Positions 40,627 to 52,118 of a stretch of DNA of 64,000 nt are shown here, piece by piece; the stretch's first letter is position 1; each line of letters opens with the position of its first letter. Position numbers and translations under genes: made by a program. The stretch is from assembly GCA_035285545.1 (NCBI GenBank), contig JAYKGY010000129.1, positions 1 through 64,000 of the forward strand, written 5' to 3'. The notes under the pieces were generated by a model. The model was not told the origin of the DNA. It searched no databases and saw only the letters and a program-made list of their open reading frames with translations. The DNA is from Snowella sp. GTDB lineage: Bacteria; Cyanobacteriota; Cyanobacteriia; Cyanobacteriales; Microcystaceae.

Positions 40627-41802
40627 TTATTGTAGTGCTATCACTCCCTTCAACCCATATCCTAAAACTGCACTTCCTAAGACAATCCAGACACTATTGA
40701 CTCGATAACGAAAGACAGCAATGCCTGCGATCGCGCTAATGAGCCAGACAGCCCAATTCAGAGAAAAAATAGTCTCATCTTTCCATAAAACCGATTGAGC
40801 CAATTTTCCGGTTACTACGACGATTAAAGCCACTGAACTGGCATTCACGGCATCTAAAAAAGCACTGGCCCATTTGGATTGACGAAGTTTAGCAATCAAG
40901 GGATGGGAAAGAGCGACAAAAACGAAGGAAGGAAAAAAGATCCCGACAGTAGCAACGATCGCGCCTGGAGTTCCTAAGATTAAATAACCAATAAACGTCG
41001 CGGTGGATAAGATGGGGCCTGGCGTTAATTGACCGACGGCGATCGCATCTAATAATTGTTGTTGGGTCAACCAGCCGTAACGATTAACCAAATCCCCTTC
41101 TAAAAAAGCAAAGAGAACATAGCCACTGCCAAATAAAATACTGCCGACTTTAAGAAAAAATAATCCTAATTTAACCAAGGTCGGTGGCATCGCGATCGCT
41201 TTTTCAGCCGTCACCACGCCCAACATTAAAAGCGGTAACGTTCCTGATGAAGGATTACGGGGAAATGGGGACATCAAGAGTATCATGCCGATAATACCCC
41301 CTACAAAAAGAGCAACGGTTTCGGACGTTCCCAATAAAACTAATAAAATTACCAACAGGGCAATTCCCAGCAGTTGACGAGATTTAAAAACTTTTTTTCC
41401 TAATCGCCAGACAGCTGAGGCAATAACCGCTAAAATTCCTGCCTTAATTCCGGCTAATACGGGCGTTAATTCCGGTAAGCTGCCCCAGGTAACGTAAAGC
41501 CATGCAAAAATGCTAGTAATGACGACTGCTGGCAAAATAAAGCAACTGCCTGCAACGACCAGCCCTAACCAGCCTCCATAGCGGTAACCAATATGAATGG
41601 CCATTTCCGTTGAGTTGGGGCCAGGAATCAAATTGGTCGCGCCGAGTAAATCCAAAAACTGCGATCGCGTCAACCATTGCCGACGGTTAATAATTTCTTC
41701 CTCCATTAGGGCCAAATGGGCTGCCGGGCCGCCAAATCCGATAATACCGAGTTTGAGGAATACGGCAACTAACTCTTTGAATCGTTGGAAATCCGTGACC
41801 AT
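40627..41802 (-). CDS. chrA: Chromate efflux transporter
   Basis: Duplicated GFGGP..PGP / FGSG..TPGP motifs. Confidence 0.93.
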   Translation of the reverse strand: MVTDFQRFKELVAVFLKLGIIGFGGPAAHLALMEEEIINRRQWLTRSQFLDLLGATNLIPGPNSTEMAIHIGYRYGGWLGLVVAGSCFILPAVVITSIFAWLYVTWGSLPELTPVLAGIKAGILAVIASAVWRLGKKVFKSRQLLGIALLVILLVLLGTSETVALFVGGIIGMILLMSPFPRNPSSGTLPLLMLGVVTAEKAIAMPPTLVKLGLFFLKVGSILFGSGYVLFAFLEGDLVNRYGWLTQQQLLDAIAVGQLTPGPILSTATFIGYLILGTPGAIVATVGIFFPSFVFVALSHPLIAKLRQSKWASAFLDAVNASSVALIVVVTGKLAQSVLWKDETIFSLNWAVWLISAIAGIAVFRYRVNSVWIVLGSAVLGYGLKGVIALQ

Positions 41803-41913
41803 AATCAAAAAATCGCCCTACTAATCCCGATCCAGTCAATCTCATCTTGATTGATTTTGATCTTAGGATGTTTAGGCGATCGCTTGTGTGTCTCTGTTGC
41901 TTTGGTTACATTG

Positions 41914-42852
41914 CTAACCTGCGTTTTGACGATACCAATCAATCGTATTTTTCAAACCCTGCCTTAAATCCACTTGAGCCGTGAAACCGAAGGCTTCTTT
42001 CGCTTTCGTGGTATCTAAACAACGACGGGGTTGGCCATTGGGTTTATCAACTTCCCAAATAATTTCCCCTTCAAAGCCCATTAAGTCGCAAATCAGTTCG
42101 ACTAAATCTTTAATGGAAATTTCAAAATTCGTTCCCAAATTAATCGGGTCAGAGTTGTCATAAAATTGGGTTCCCATGACGATCCCTCTGGCCGCATCAG
42201 TTGAATAGAGGAATTCACGGGTGGGGCTACCATCTCCCCAAACGGGTAAGCTCTTATCACCCCGCTTCTGAGCTTCGTAAACTTTTTGAATGAGAGCAGG
42301 AATGACGTGGGAGCTACGGGGGTCAAAGTTATCTTCAGGGCCATAAAGATTGACAGGGAGCAAATAAACCCCATTAAACCCATACTGTAACCGATAGGAT
42401 TCTAATTGCACCAAGAGGGCTTTTTTGGCCACACCGTAGGGCGCATTGGTTTCTTCGGGATAGCCGTTCCAGAGGTCTTCTTCTTTGAAGGGAACGGGCG
42501 TAAATTTGGGATAGGCGCAAATGGTTCCTACACAGACAAATTTTTCGACTCCTGCTTCATAGGCAGTATGAATTAACTGGGTTCCCATGATCAGGTTGTC
42601 ATAAAAAAGCTCGGCGGGTTTCTCTCGATTGAGACCAATTCCGCCCACATGGGCCGCGAGATGAACCACAATATCCTGATTTGCCACTGCTTTTTGGCAA
42701 TTTTCTAATCGACGTAAATCACAATCACGCGATCGCGGTAGAGAAATCTTCTCAGGGGTTGCTCCTGCCTCAATTAATTGGTTAACGACCTGTTTTCCTA
42801 AAAAACCAGTCCCACCCGTCACTAAAATCCGCTTTTCTTTCAGTTCCAACAT
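41914..42852 (-). CDS. fcl: GDP-L-fucose synthase
   Basis: [32 protein letters not shown]. Confidence 0.95.
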   Translation of the reverse strand: MLELKEKRILVTGGTGFLGKQVVNQLIEAGATPEKISLPRSRDCDLRRLENCQKAVANQDIVVHLAAHVGGIGLNREKPAELFYDNLIMGTQLIHTAYEAGVEKFVCVGTICAYPKFTPVPFKEEDLWNGYPEETNAPYGVAKKALLVQLESYRLQYGFNGVYLLPVNLYGPEDNFDPRSSHVIPALIQKVYEAQKRGDKSLPVWGDGSPTREFLYSTDAARGIVMGTQFYDNSDPINLGTNFEISIKDLVELICDLMGFEGEIIWEVDKPNGQPRRCLDTTKAKEAFGFTAQVDLRQGLKNTIDWYRQNAG

Positions 42853-42962
42853 AAAAAACAATCCCACACAGGATCAAAGGGTTTACTGGGTTTTACGGCG
42901 AATAGTATGGCTAATCATTTATTACCCTAAACTACCCGCTGTTAATGCTTAAATGACTTAAT

Positions 42963-44051
42963 TTAATCCACCATAACGCTCAGGGGTTGGCGAACAAAGG
43001 CGTTATCTTGAGTTAACAGAAATTCTTCCCGTTCAGTGCGATTGGGAGAAGATAACCCTAGTACCGCGAGATCTGCCTCTACCATCAGATGGACTAATTC
43101 TTTAAAGGTGACCGAATGCTTCCAGCCCAAGGTTTTCTTCGCCTTCGTTGGATCGCCAATTAATAAATCCACTTCAGCAGGACGTAAATAGCGTTCATCA
43201 AAGGCTACAAACTCTTGCCAATCTAAATTAACGTAACTAAAGGCAATTTCTAAAAATTCTTTAATGGAATAGGTTTCTCCTGTCGCAATGACGTAATCAT
43301 CAGCCATATCGTGTTGCAGCATGAGCCACATCGCTTGTACATAATCCTTGGCATAGCCCCAATCTCGCTTAGAATCCAAGTTTCCTAAGTACAATTTTTT
43401 CTGAGTTCCGGCCATAATGCGCGCGATCGCTCTCGAAATTTTTCGAGTGACAAAGGTTTCCCCCCGACGCGGCGACTCATGGTTAAACAAAATCCCATTA
43501 CAGGCAAACAAATCATAGGATTCTCGGTAATTCACGGTTTGCCAATGGGCATAAACCTTAGCACAGGCGTAGGGGCTACGGGGATAAAACGGTGTTGTTT
43601 CCTTTTGGGGAATTTCTTGTACTTTCCCGAACATTTCCGATGAGCCTGCCTGATAAAAGCGCACCTCAATCCCCGTCCGTTGCTGGTAATCCCGAATTGC
43701 TTCCAATAGCCTTAGCGTTCCCGTCCCTACCGAATCCACCGTATACTCAGGCGAATCAAAACTAACCCGAACATGGGATTGGGCCCCTAAGTTATAAATT
43801 TCAACGGGTTTAACCTGCTCTAAAATTCTGCGGAGGGTTGTTCCATCGGTTAAATCACCATAATGCAAGAACAGTTTGGTTTGGGGATCATGGGGATCTG
43901 TGTAGAGATGATCAATCCGATCCGTATTAAAGGTGGAAGTTCGCCGAATGATGCCATGAACCTCATAGCCCTTCTGCAATAAAAATTCGCTTAAATAAGA
44001 GCCATCTTGCCCTGTAATTCCTGTAATTAATGCACATTTCGCTTCAGACAT
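42963..44051 (-). CDS. gmd: GDP-mannose 4,6-dehydratase
   Basis: [40 protein letters not shown]. Confidence 0.97.
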   Translation of the reverse strand: MSEAKCALITGITGQDGSYLSEFLLQKGYEVHGIIRRTSTFNTDRIDHLYTDPHDPQTKLFLHYGDLTDGTTLRRILEQVKPVEIYNLGAQSHVRVSFDSPEYTVDSVGTGTLRLLEAIRDYQQRTGIEVRFYQAGSSEMFGKVQEIPQKETTPFYPRSPYACAKVYAHWQTVNYRESYDLFACNGILFNHESPRRGETFVTRKISRAIARIMAGTQKKLYLGNLDSKRDWGYAKDYVQAMWLMLQHDMADDYVIATGETYSIKEFLEIAFSYVNLDWQEFVAFDERYLRPAEVDLLIGDPTKAKKTLGWKHSVTFKELVHLMVEADLAVLGLSSPNRTEREEFLLTQDNAFVRQPLSVMVD

Positions 44052-44208
44052 TGACAAATCCTTTTGTTATAGGCACTCAGGGTTTATTAACTGTTAACGA
44101 TATTAAGCCTGATGAATTTAGTCAAGCGATGCATGATAGATTTTTGAGACTTCTTTGCTGGACTACACTGGATCACTTAAAAATCCGTTAGTCTGTTACT
44201 GATGCGAC

Positions 44209-44251
44209 AAAAAATAAAACCCCTTGCTTCAACGAAGAAAATCAAGAGGTT
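44209..44251 (-). terminator. Probable intrinsic terminator after the sugar transferase
   Basis: Minus strand AACCTCTTG...CAAGGGGTT followed by TTATTTTTT. Confidence 0.55.
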
Positions 44252-44374
44252 AATAACGACTGTTGTAATATCAGAAGCTTTTTCAATACCAGGCTTAGAA
44301 AACAATTTTGGGCTTTCTTCAATCTCTAAACACAGAATGCTCAATGAGAGAATTTAAGTCTGAAAGATAAATGT

Positions 44375-45103
44375 TTAATAAGCTCCGTTATTATTGGGAA
44401 ATAAAACAACACCAAGGGTTTTAACAATCACCCAAAGATCCATTAGCCAGTTGCGATAGTTCACATAATAAACATCGATCTGAACACGCTGAGGGTAGGG
44501 AATATCATTGCGTCCAGAAACTTGCCATAAACCTGTTAACCCAGGACGAATGGTAAGAACTTTATCAATCCGATTACCGTATTTATGAAGTTCTTCTGGT
44601 ACAAGCGGTCTAGGGCCAACCACACTCATATCGCCTTTCAGTACATTCCAAAATTGAGGAAATTCATCCAGACTCGTCAGGCGAAGAAATTTACCAATCC
44701 AAGTAATCCGAGGATCTTCTCTAAGCTTAAAGTTATCTTCAAATTCTGCTTTGGTTTTGGGGCAATCAGCAATGAGGTTTTCTAAAATTTCATCGGCATT
44801 CGTAACCATTGTGCGGAACTTGATACAGTCAAACCGTTTATGATCCTTTCCGACTCGTTGCTGTATATAGAAAATTGGCCCCGGAGAGCTAATCGCAATT
44901 AAGAGTGCAAGCACCAAATAGAGGGGAGAAAAAACAATTAAAACCGACAAAGAAAAGACAATATCAAAAGCTCGTTTAAAAATAACACCGTCTAGGGATT
45001 GCGCCCAAGAACGCTGATATCGTCTGGAGAACGTAGGTGGGGCCCCACGTCTCATCAAAGCCTGTAAAGCCTTGACGGAGATAAATTGGCTATTCGCAGT
45101 CAT
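44375..45103 (-). CDS. Bacterial sugar transferase (priming phosphoglycosyl transferase)
   Basis: KRAFD, KFRTM, DPRIT, SLDEFPQ, GPRP, PGLTGLWQV. Confidence 0.95.
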   Translation of the reverse strand: MTANSQFISVKALQALMRRGAPPTFSRRYQRSWAQSLDGVIFKRAFDIVFSLSVLIVFSPLYLVLALLIAISSPGPIFYIQQRVGKDHKRFDCIKFRTMVTNADEILENLIADCPKTKAEFEDNFKLREDPRITWIGKFLRLTSLDEFPQFWNVLKGDMSVVGPRPLVPEELHKYGNRIDKVLTIRPGLTGLWQVSGRNDIPYPQRVQIDVYYVNYRNWLMDLWVIVKTLGVVLFPNNNGAY

Positions 45104-45208
45104 CGTACTCCTTCACATCACATCACACCACACTGTCCCAATGATAAAGCCAGATTAGTCTAATTAGACAAATATGAGCCGTAAAATATCAAAATTTGTT
45201 GCCTAAAT

Positions 45209-46339
45209 TCACGAAAAGAATTTTAGACAACACTCTTCTAGGAACGCCAGATAGGACGTTTCAAAGATCTTTTGAGAGAATTTTGCCGATTGGGCACGGC
45301 AATGCTCTGCATTAAATTGATGTTGAATTTGGTAAAAAGTTTCAACAGTTCTAACGAGAGCGGGAACGGTTTGTTCTGGAAAGAAGAGGCCAGTCGGGGT
45401 TTGAGGAGATTGATCAATACTCAGAACCGTTTCTAGGGCACCCCCTTTTCCATAGGCAATCACCGGGGTTCCACAGGCTTGGGCTTCAACGAGGGCAATT
45501 CCAAAGTCTTCGCAAGCAGCATAGACAAACGCTTTAGCTTGGGACAGATACTGTTCGACGATCGCGTTGGGTTGACTTCCTAACAATTGAATATTGGGCT
45601 TCGCTAATTCACGCAACATGGGTAAATCAGGGCCATCACCTATGACAACTAAAGGATACTGTAATTCATTAAAGGCCTGAATGATTAATTTAATTTGTTT
45701 ATAGCTAACCAAACGGGAAACGGTCACAAAAAAATCTTCTTTTTTTTCTTGATAGGGGAAGCGATCAATATTCACTGGCGGATAAATCACTTTGGCTTCG
45801 CGCCGATAACATCGCCAAATTCGACGGGCTGTATGACGAGAGTTGGCCATGAAGTAATCAACTCGATTGGCTGAAATCACATCCCATTGACGCAATAGAT
45901 GGAGAAAATAACGGGTTAAAATGCCCGGTAATCCTGCTCCTAATCGGCTGTTATTGAGATAGTCGAAGGTTAAATCCCAGGCGTAACGCATGGGGGTGTG
46001 GCAATAACAAACATGAAGTTGATCGGGACGGGTTAAAACCCCTTTAGCGACGGCATGAGAAGAGGACAGAATGACATCGTAAGCCCCTAAATCGAGTTGT
46101 TCAATGGCTAACGGTAATAACGGTAAATATTTCTGAACGCCATTTCGCGCTAAGGGAAAATGTTGTAAAAAAGTCGTCCCTATATTGCGTCCAAATAGGT
46201 AACTGTTAGGATTAACCGATTCAAAGTCAATTAGGGCATAAATATCGGCTTCAATCTGCTGCAAAATTTCTTGAACAACGAGTTCAGAGCCGCCAGTTGC
46301 TTTTGGGGTTAGCCATTCATGCACGAGGGCATATTTCAT
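45209..46339 (-). CDS. Family 4 glycosyltransferase (WbaZ-like)
   Basis: YCHTPMRYAWD, EDFGIALVEAQACGTP. Confidence 0.92.
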   Translation of the reverse strand: MKYALVHEWLTPKATGGSELVVQEILQQIEADIYALIDFESVNPNSYLFGRNIGTTFLQHFPLARNGVQKYLPLLPLAIEQLDLGAYDVILSSSHAVAKGVLTRPDQLHVCYCHTPMRYAWDLTFDYLNNSRLGAGLPGILTRYFLHLLRQWDVISANRVDYFMANSRHTARRIWRCYRREAKVIYPPVNIDRFPYQEKKEDFFVTVSRLVSYKQIKLIIQAFNELQYPLVVIGDGPDLPMLRELAKPNIQLLGSQPNAIVEQYLSQAKAFVYAACEDFGIALVEAQACGTPVIAYGKGGALETVLSIDQSPQTPTGLFFPEQTVPALVRTVETFYQIQHQFNAEHCRAQSAKFSQKIFETSYLAFLEECCLKFFS

Positions 46340-46406
46340 AGGGACTTAACGGTGATTAACCAGTTAATTATGCCAGAGTTCTAAGCAACAAATTTAATAA
46401 AACAGG

Positions 46407-46763
46407 CTAGAATTCGCTACTTGAATAGCCCATTGAGGCTTCATTATCCCGTTTAGAGCCTAATAACTCTAGTTTATCTACCCTAATAATGGGTTTAGAC
46501 CGATTAGCTCCGGTTGCGCGATCATTCCAAGTATCGATCTTTAATGAACCTTGAACGCCAATTAGTCTGCCTTTTCGCACATAATTTGCTGTAAATTCAG
46601 CCGTTTTATCCCAAATTTGCAACTCAAACCAATCAGGTGGATCATCCTTTCTGATGCGATTGACAGCAAGTGTTAACGTACAAACAACCTTGCCTGACTC
46701 AAAATATTTTACCTCTGGATCTCTTCCGACATAACCTACTAAATGAACAGAATTTAAATTCAT
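46407..46763 (-). CDS. ssb: Single-stranded DNA-binding protein
   Basis: LVGYVGRDPE, AVNR..PDWF, YVRKG. Confidence 0.93.
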   Translation of the reverse strand: MNLNSVHLVGYVGRDPEVKYFESGKVVCTLTLAVNRIRKDDPPDWFELQIWDKTAEFTANYVRKGRLIGVQGSLKIDTWNDRATGANRSKPIIRVDKLELLGSKRDNEASMGYSSSEF

Positions 46764-46921
46764 AACGACTTTTTCCTAATTTAAAGAACAAGTGTATTGA
46801 AGTTTCTTTTTTAATTATCGCAATTTTACAAGACAAATTGAAAATAAATTGTTGAAATTTAAGAAGCCGCTTCCTCAAGCTACAATCAACGTTGATTCAC
46901 TTAATCAATGATTATTTTGGT

Positions 46922-47455
46922 ATGACTTCTATTTCCCCTGTTATCGGCATTATTATGGGCAGTGATTCCGATTTACCGACTATGCAAGCAGCGATCGCGG
47001 TCTGTGAAGAATTTACCATTCCCTGCGAAGTAGCTATTGTGTCGGCCCATCGAACCCCAGAACGCATGGTTACCTATGCCCAAACCGCCCATGAACGGGG
47101 AATTAAAGTCATTATTGCCGGTGCCGGGGGAGCCGCCCATTTACCTGGCATGGTTGCTTCCTTAACCCCCTTGCCGGTAATTGGGGTTCCTGTCCAAACT
47201 CGAACGCTCAATGGGGTGGATTCCCTTTATTCCATTGTGCAAATGCCGGCGGGGATTCCTGTAGCAACGGTCGCGATCGGTAATGCCAAAAATGCGGGAT
47301 TGTTAGCCATTCAAATCTTAGCCAGCCATGATCCGGCCTTACTTACCCAGGTACAAGCCTATCGAGAAAACCTAAAAGCGTCCGTATTAGAAAAGCAGGC
47401 GACGCTCAAATCAGTGGGTTACCGTTCCTATCTAGCAGGTATGAATCCTCAATAA
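46922..47455 (+). CDS. purE: N5-carboxyaminoimidazole ribonucleotide mutase
   Basis: [24 protein letters not shown]. Confidence 0.97.
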   Translation: MTSISPVIGIIMGSDSDLPTMQAAIAVCEEFTIPCEVAIVSAHRTPERMVTYAQTAHERGIKVIIAGAGGAAHLPGMVASLTPLPVIGVPVQTRTLNGVDSLYSIVQMPAGIPVATVAIGNAKNAGLLAIQILASHDPALLTQVQAYRENLKASVLEKQATLKSVGYRSYLAGMNPQ

Positions 47456-47498
47456 TTCGTTAAGATTAAGGATTAATACTTAGGCAAGGTTACACAAT

Positions 47499-48311
47499 AT
47501 GATTCGTTGGCTCAGGGCATTGTTTGCGATTAGTTTAATTTGGGCGATTATTATTTTTCCCGTTAACGCTCAAGAAAAGGCCAATGTTTCCCTAACGCCT
47601 GAGCAGGTAAAAGCGGGAGAATTGTTGTTTCAAAAGGCGTTTGAGGCTACCGAACAAGGAAATTTTGCTCAAGCCGAAACCTATTGGACAGAACTCAGTC
47701 AAACTTTTCCCACCAATCCTGCGGTTTGGAGTAATCGCGGTGCCTCCCGTGTGAGTCAAAATAAGCTCACGGAAGCGATCGCCGATTTTGATGAAGCCAT
47801 TCGTTTGGCCCCTGATCAACCTGATCCCTATTTGAATCGAGGGGCGGCCTTAGAAGGGTTAGGTAAATTTGAAGCCGCGATCGCCGACTATAACCAAGTC
47901 TTAGCCCTTGATCCGCAAGATCCCATGGCCTATAACAATCGAGGCAACGCAGAGGGGGGCTTAGGGGATTGGCAAGCCGCCTTAGCTGATTTTCAAAAAG
48001 CTTCTGAAATTGCTCCCGATTTCGCCTTTGCCCGTGCTAATACCGCTTTAGCCCTGTATGAAATGGGTCAAAAACCCGAAGCCTTAAAAATGATGCGCGA
48101 TTTAGTCAGAAAATACCCCATGTTTCCCGATATGCGAGCCGCCTTAACCGCCGTCTTGTGGAATGAAGGGCAACAGGGAGAAGCCGAAAGTAATTGGGTT
48201 GCTGCGGTGGGCATGGATAATCGTTACCAAAACCTAGACTGGGTGAAAACCATCCGCCGTTGGCCACCCCAAATGGTTAATTCCCTGGATCGGTTTTTGA
48301 ACCTACAGTAA
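47499..48311 (+). CDS. TPR protein with signal peptide
   Basis: Hydrophobic N-terminus ending VNA-Q; repeated NRG TPR motifs. Confidence 0.88.
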   Translation: MIRWLRALFAISLIWAIIIFPVNAQEKANVSLTPEQVKAGELLFQKAFEATEQGNFAQAETYWTELSQTFPTNPAVWSNRGASRVSQNKLTEAIADFDEAIRLAPDQPDPYLNRGAALEGLGKFEAAIADYNQVLALDPQDPMAYNNRGNAEGGLGDWQAALADFQKASEIAPDFAFARANTALALYEMGQKPEALKMMRDLVRKYPMFPDMRAALTAVLWNEGQQGEAESNWVAAVGMDNRYQNLDWVKTIRRWPPQMVNSLDRFLNLQ

Positions 48312-48345
48312 CTCGGTTTAAATTAGTTTTGAATCTCGTTTAGAA

Positions 48346-48432
48346 CGGAGAGGGGGGGATTCGAACCCCCGGTAAACTTACGCCTACACAGCATTTCCAG
48401 TGCTGCGCCTTAAACCACTCGGCCACCTCTCC
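48346..48432 (-). tRNA. tRNA-Ser (GGA)
   Basis: GGAGAGG acceptor stem, CAGCA-CTGGAAA-TGCTG anticodon arm, long variable arm, GGTTCGAATCC; 87 nt. Confidence 0.97.
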
Positions 48433-48506
48433 TGGTGGGTCACAGCTTTCCATCATACAATAAATGATGGCAGATAACTCAACTTCAATAAAAATAAAAA
48501 ATCCCT

Positions 48507-48875
48507 ATGGCTCGTTCCTATCAAATTCGGATTCACCATCGTCAAACCGGAGAATCCCACACAGTATTTGTTCCTGAAGACCAATACATTCTCCATAGCG
48601 CGGAGGCTCAGGGCTATGAATTGCCTTTTTCCTGCCGTAATGGGGCTTGTACCAGTTGTGCTGTGCGAATCCTATCGGGAGAAATTTATCAACCCGAAGC
48701 AATGGGCTTGTCACCCGAATTACAGGAAAGGGGTTACGCTCTCTTGTGTGTTAGCTATCCGCGATCGGATCTTGAAGTCGAAACCCAAGACGAGGATGAG
48801 GTCTATGATTTACAATTTGGTCGTTATTTTGGCCGTGGAAAGGTACGTTTTGGCTTACCCTTAGATGAAGATTAG
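48507..48875 (+). CDS. fed2: 2Fe-2S ferredoxin with C-terminal extension (Fed2/FdC2 type)
   Basis: LPFSCRNGACTSC..LLCVS; C-terminal QDEDEVYDLQFG. Confidence 0.88.
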   Translation: MARSYQIRIHHRQTGESHTVFVPEDQYILHSAEAQGYELPFSCRNGACTSCAVRILSGEIYQPEAMGLSPELQERGYALLCVSYPRSDLEVETQDEDEVYDLQFGRYFGRGKVRFGLPLDED

Positions 48876-48963
48876 TTTTGCAATTGGACGCATTTAACGG
48901 ACTGTTGGGTGGTCAAGTTGCGTCTGTTCCCGCTTTTTTGCTATTGATAAAATTTATATTCCC

Positions 48964-49809
48964 ATGACCATTGATCCTAAAAATCTCCAAAATTTGTTAG
49001 ATATCGCGACAGAAGCTGTCCTGGCAGCAGGGGCTGTTGTTGAAGATCTCTATGGCAATTTAAACGCGATCGCCGAAAAAGGACGGGCGGGAGATTTAGT
49101 GACAGAAGCCGACAAACAATCCGAGCAAGTCATTTTAGAGCATCTCAAACGGCATTGTCCTGGGCATGGCATTCTCGCAGAAGAATCGGGTTATTTAGGC
49201 AATGAGCAAGAGCTTGCCCAAAATCCCTACCTTTGGGCGATTGATCCCCTGGATGGAACCACCAACTATGCCCATAGTTATCCCGTCGCCTGTGTTTCTG
49301 TGGGATTAATGATTCAGGGGATTCCCACTGTTGGCGCGATTTATAATCCCTTTCGCCAAGAATTATTTCGAGCTGCAAAAGGATTAGGGGCAACCTTAAA
49401 CCGCCGTCCGATTCGCGTTTCTTCCCTAGAAACCTTAGAAAAAAGCCTTTTGGTATCAGGCTTTGCTTACGATCGCCGAGAAACCGTAGACAATAACTAT
49501 GCAGAGTTTTGTTATTTAACCCATTTAACCCAAGGGGTGCGCCGGAGTGGTTCCGCCGCATTAGATCTAACGGATGTCGCCTGTGGCCGATTAGACGGCT
49601 ATTGGGAACGTGGGATCAAGGCATGGGATATTGTGGCGGGTATCGTCATTGTCGAAGAAGCCGGGGGAAAAGTAACAGCCTATGATGGAAGCCCTCTCAA
49701 TATTGCTTCCGGACGGATTTTAGCGACGAATGGGCTAATTCATTCAGAGCTAAGCCAGTCTTTAGCCAATTCTGCTGGGTGGTTTAAGGATTTAAAGATC
49801 CAAAATTGA
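48964..49809 (+). CDS. suhB: Inositol monophosphatase family protein
   Basis: DLVTEAD, AEE, IDPLDGTTNY, AWDIVAG. Confidence 0.9.
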   Translation: MTIDPKNLQNLLDIATEAVLAAGAVVEDLYGNLNAIAEKGRAGDLVTEADKQSEQVILEHLKRHCPGHGILAEESGYLGNEQELAQNPYLWAIDPLDGTTNYAHSYPVACVSVGLMIQGIPTVGAIYNPFRQELFRAAKGLGATLNRRPIRVSSLETLEKSLLVSGFAYDRRETVDNNYAEFCYLTHLTQGVRRSGSAALDLTDVACGRLDGYWERGIKAWDIVAGIVIVEEAGGKVTAYDGSPLNIASGRILATNGLIHSELSQSLANSAGWFKDLKIQN

Positions 49810-49904
49810 TCAATAAGAATCCTTACCGTTGATAGTTAATTGCTGGCGTTTTTTCAAGTTTCAGAAAATAATAGACTAGGCGAGGCGAATGAGAGGGGAG
49901 AATA

Positions 49905-50855
49905 ATGGTAGAGTTTCCAATTCAGCAGGGATTATTTAGGTACGATGTCACCGATCACCACGCGATTTTAGGGGCACCCATCGATGTCAGTGTCCAAGAA
50001 ATTCGTCAGCGATATTTAAAAATTGCCTATCTGCTCCATCCGGATACGACGAAATTTAAAACGGAAGCAGAAAAGAAGCGAGCCATCAAACTCTTCTCTA
50101 AGCTCGTTAATCCTGCCTATGAAATTTTATTTAAAGAAGCGAGTCGAAATGAGCAACTATTAGTGATTTCCCAAATTGCTCAGAGTCTCTCTCCCGACAA
50201 AGATAAAATTACTCTCGCTAATGAAGATTCTCAAAAATTATTTTCTGCCACTCAAAATTTAGATTTAGTTTATCGCCAGCTATTGCATCCGTTAGTTAAC
50301 GACCTCTACAGTGATTTAAATACGGTATTCGCTAAAATTGCTTGTATTAGTGAATTAAATCTAATTTACTTAATTATGAAGTCAGGGCAAGCGATCGCGC
50401 CCAAAACACAAACCCTAACACCGACCGTAATAGCTCGTTCTAAAACGGATACAACCGTTAGATCCTCAACGGTTACCACTCCTCCCCCCACAGAAACCCC
50501 GAAAAAAGAACCTTCCGTCAAACTGTCGCCCCAAGAACAGTATTATCGGCGGGCCAAAGAACAATATGACCGCGAAAATTATAACGAAGCGATCGCCGAA
50601 TTACGGGAAGTTTTAAAAATCGACCCTAAAGACAGTCGGGCCCACTGTTTACTGGGTTTATCGTACCTGAAAAATAATATGGCAACCATGGCCAAGGTTC
50701 ACATTAATACTGCCTTTGAACTGACTCCGCAAGATCCGACCATTCTTTTAGCCAAACGGGAATTAGATAAAGTGATCCCACCTGAGAAACAGACGGATAG
50801 TGGCAAATCCAAAGGGGGATTATTTGGCGGCTTATTTGGGAACAAGAAAAAGTAA
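49905..50855 (+). CDS. J-domain protein with C-terminal TPR
   Basis: DHHAILG..LLHPD..VNPAY; TPR near the C-terminus. Confidence 0.88.
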   Translation: MVEFPIQQGLFRYDVTDHHAILGAPIDVSVQEIRQRYLKIAYLLHPDTTKFKTEAEKKRAIKLFSKLVNPAYEILFKEASRNEQLLVISQIAQSLSPDKDKITLANEDSQKLFSATQNLDLVYRQLLHPLVNDLYSDLNTVFAKIACISELNLIYLIMKSGQAIAPKTQTLTPTVIARSKTDTTVRSSTVTTPPPTETPKKEPSVKLSPQEQYYRRAKEQYDRENYNEAIAELREVLKIDPKDSRAHCLLGLSYLKNNMATMAKVHINTAFELTPQDPTILLAKRELDKVIPPEKQTDSGKSKGGLFGGLFGNKKK

Positions 50856-50899
50856 AATAGGAAAGCTTATCGCGCTGACTTTATTTTTTGACCTCCGTT

Positions 50900-52114
50900 A
50901 TGATTCATCAACCGCCTGCTGGAGCTAGGGATCTGTTACCCGTTGAAGTCGCTCAGAAAGCTTGGATTAATGATCGCTTACAGAATATTTTTCAACGCTG
51001 GGGTTATCGGCGTATTGTAACTTCTACCCTAGAGTGGCTCGATACCCTAGTGGCAGGAGGCGCGATCGAACCGTCAACGGTGATCCAACTTCAAGATAGT
51101 TCAGCAGGCTCGCTAGGACTCCGCCCCGAATTAACCGCATCCATTGCGCGGGCCGCTGTCACTCGGATGACGGAAGATATTTATCCCCAACGGCTTTGTT
51201 ATCGGGCTAATGTTTTTCGTAAACCGCCTACGGGTTATCACGGTCGGCAACTGGAATTTTATCAAGCGGGTGTGGAATTGCTCTTTGTCGGTGGAGTTAT
51301 GGCCGATGCCGAGATGTTGCTGTTGATGGCCGATGGGCTAAAAAGTTTAGGAATTCCCCAGTGGCAAGTGATTTTAGGAGAAGCAGGATTAACGCGATCG
51401 CTGTTATCTCGATTTCCTGAAGTATTACAACAACAAGTACGAGAATGCTTGATTCAGTTAGATTACGTTAAACTCGAAAATTTAGATTACCCTTCACCCG
51501 AATTAAAAGCTTGGGCTTTGCAGTTATTTGATTTACGGGGCGATGCTGAACAAGTGTTACAAACCCTGGCTAGTTTCGAGCTAGATAGCGCGAGTCAAGA
51601 ACGGGTGCAAAATTTAAAAGCCTTAGTCAACGTCATTCAGCAGTGTAACGAAAATATTCCCTTAATTTTAGACCTGAGTTGGCTACAACCCTTTGATTAC
51701 TACACAGGCATTGCCTTTCAAGCGGTTGGCATCCAAGGAAATCAATCCCATATTTTAGGCCAAGGCGGACGCTACGATCAGTTATTAGGGTTATATCATC
51801 CCCAGAAAAAATCCTTACCTGGCGTGGGTTTTTCCCTCAACATCGAAGAATTACACGCTTGTTTGCTGCCGACGGAACATTTACCCAAAACGACCCCCTT
51901 AATCGATTGTCTCGTTATTGCCTTAACCCCTGAGCATCAAGCAGCCGCTTTCCGTTATGCCCAATCCTTACGTCAGTCCGATCCCAAATTACGAGTTGAG
52001 TTAGATTTAGGCGATCGCGCAATGGATGAGATTCGGGATTACGCCCGCAATAATCAAATTCGTCAGTTAGCCTGGGTTGGCGCAAAGGGAGAGGTTAAAA
52101 TTGAAACAATTTAA
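50900..52114 (+). CDS. hisZ: ATP phosphoribosyltransferase regulatory subunit
   Basis: PAGARDLLP, LRPELTASIAR, FYQAGVEL, DYYTG, GGRYD. Confidence 0.93.
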   Translation: MIHQPPAGARDLLPVEVAQKAWINDRLQNIFQRWGYRRIVTSTLEWLDTLVAGGAIEPSTVIQLQDSSAGSLGLRPELTASIARAAVTRMTEDIYPQRLCYRANVFRKPPTGYHGRQLEFYQAGVELLFVGGVMADAEMLLLMADGLKSLGIPQWQVILGEAGLTRSLLSRFPEVLQQQVRECLIQLDYVKLENLDYPSPELKAWALQLFDLRGDAEQVLQTLASFELDSASQERVQNLKALVNVIQQCNENIPLILDLSWLQPFDYYTGIAFQAVGIQGNQSHILGQGGRYDQLLGLYHPQKKSLPGVGFSLNIEELHACLLPTEHLPKTTPLIDCLVIALTPEHQAAAFRYAQSLRQSDPKLRVELDLGDRAMDEIRDYARNNQIRQLAWVGAKGEVKIETI

Positions 52115-52118
52115 ATTT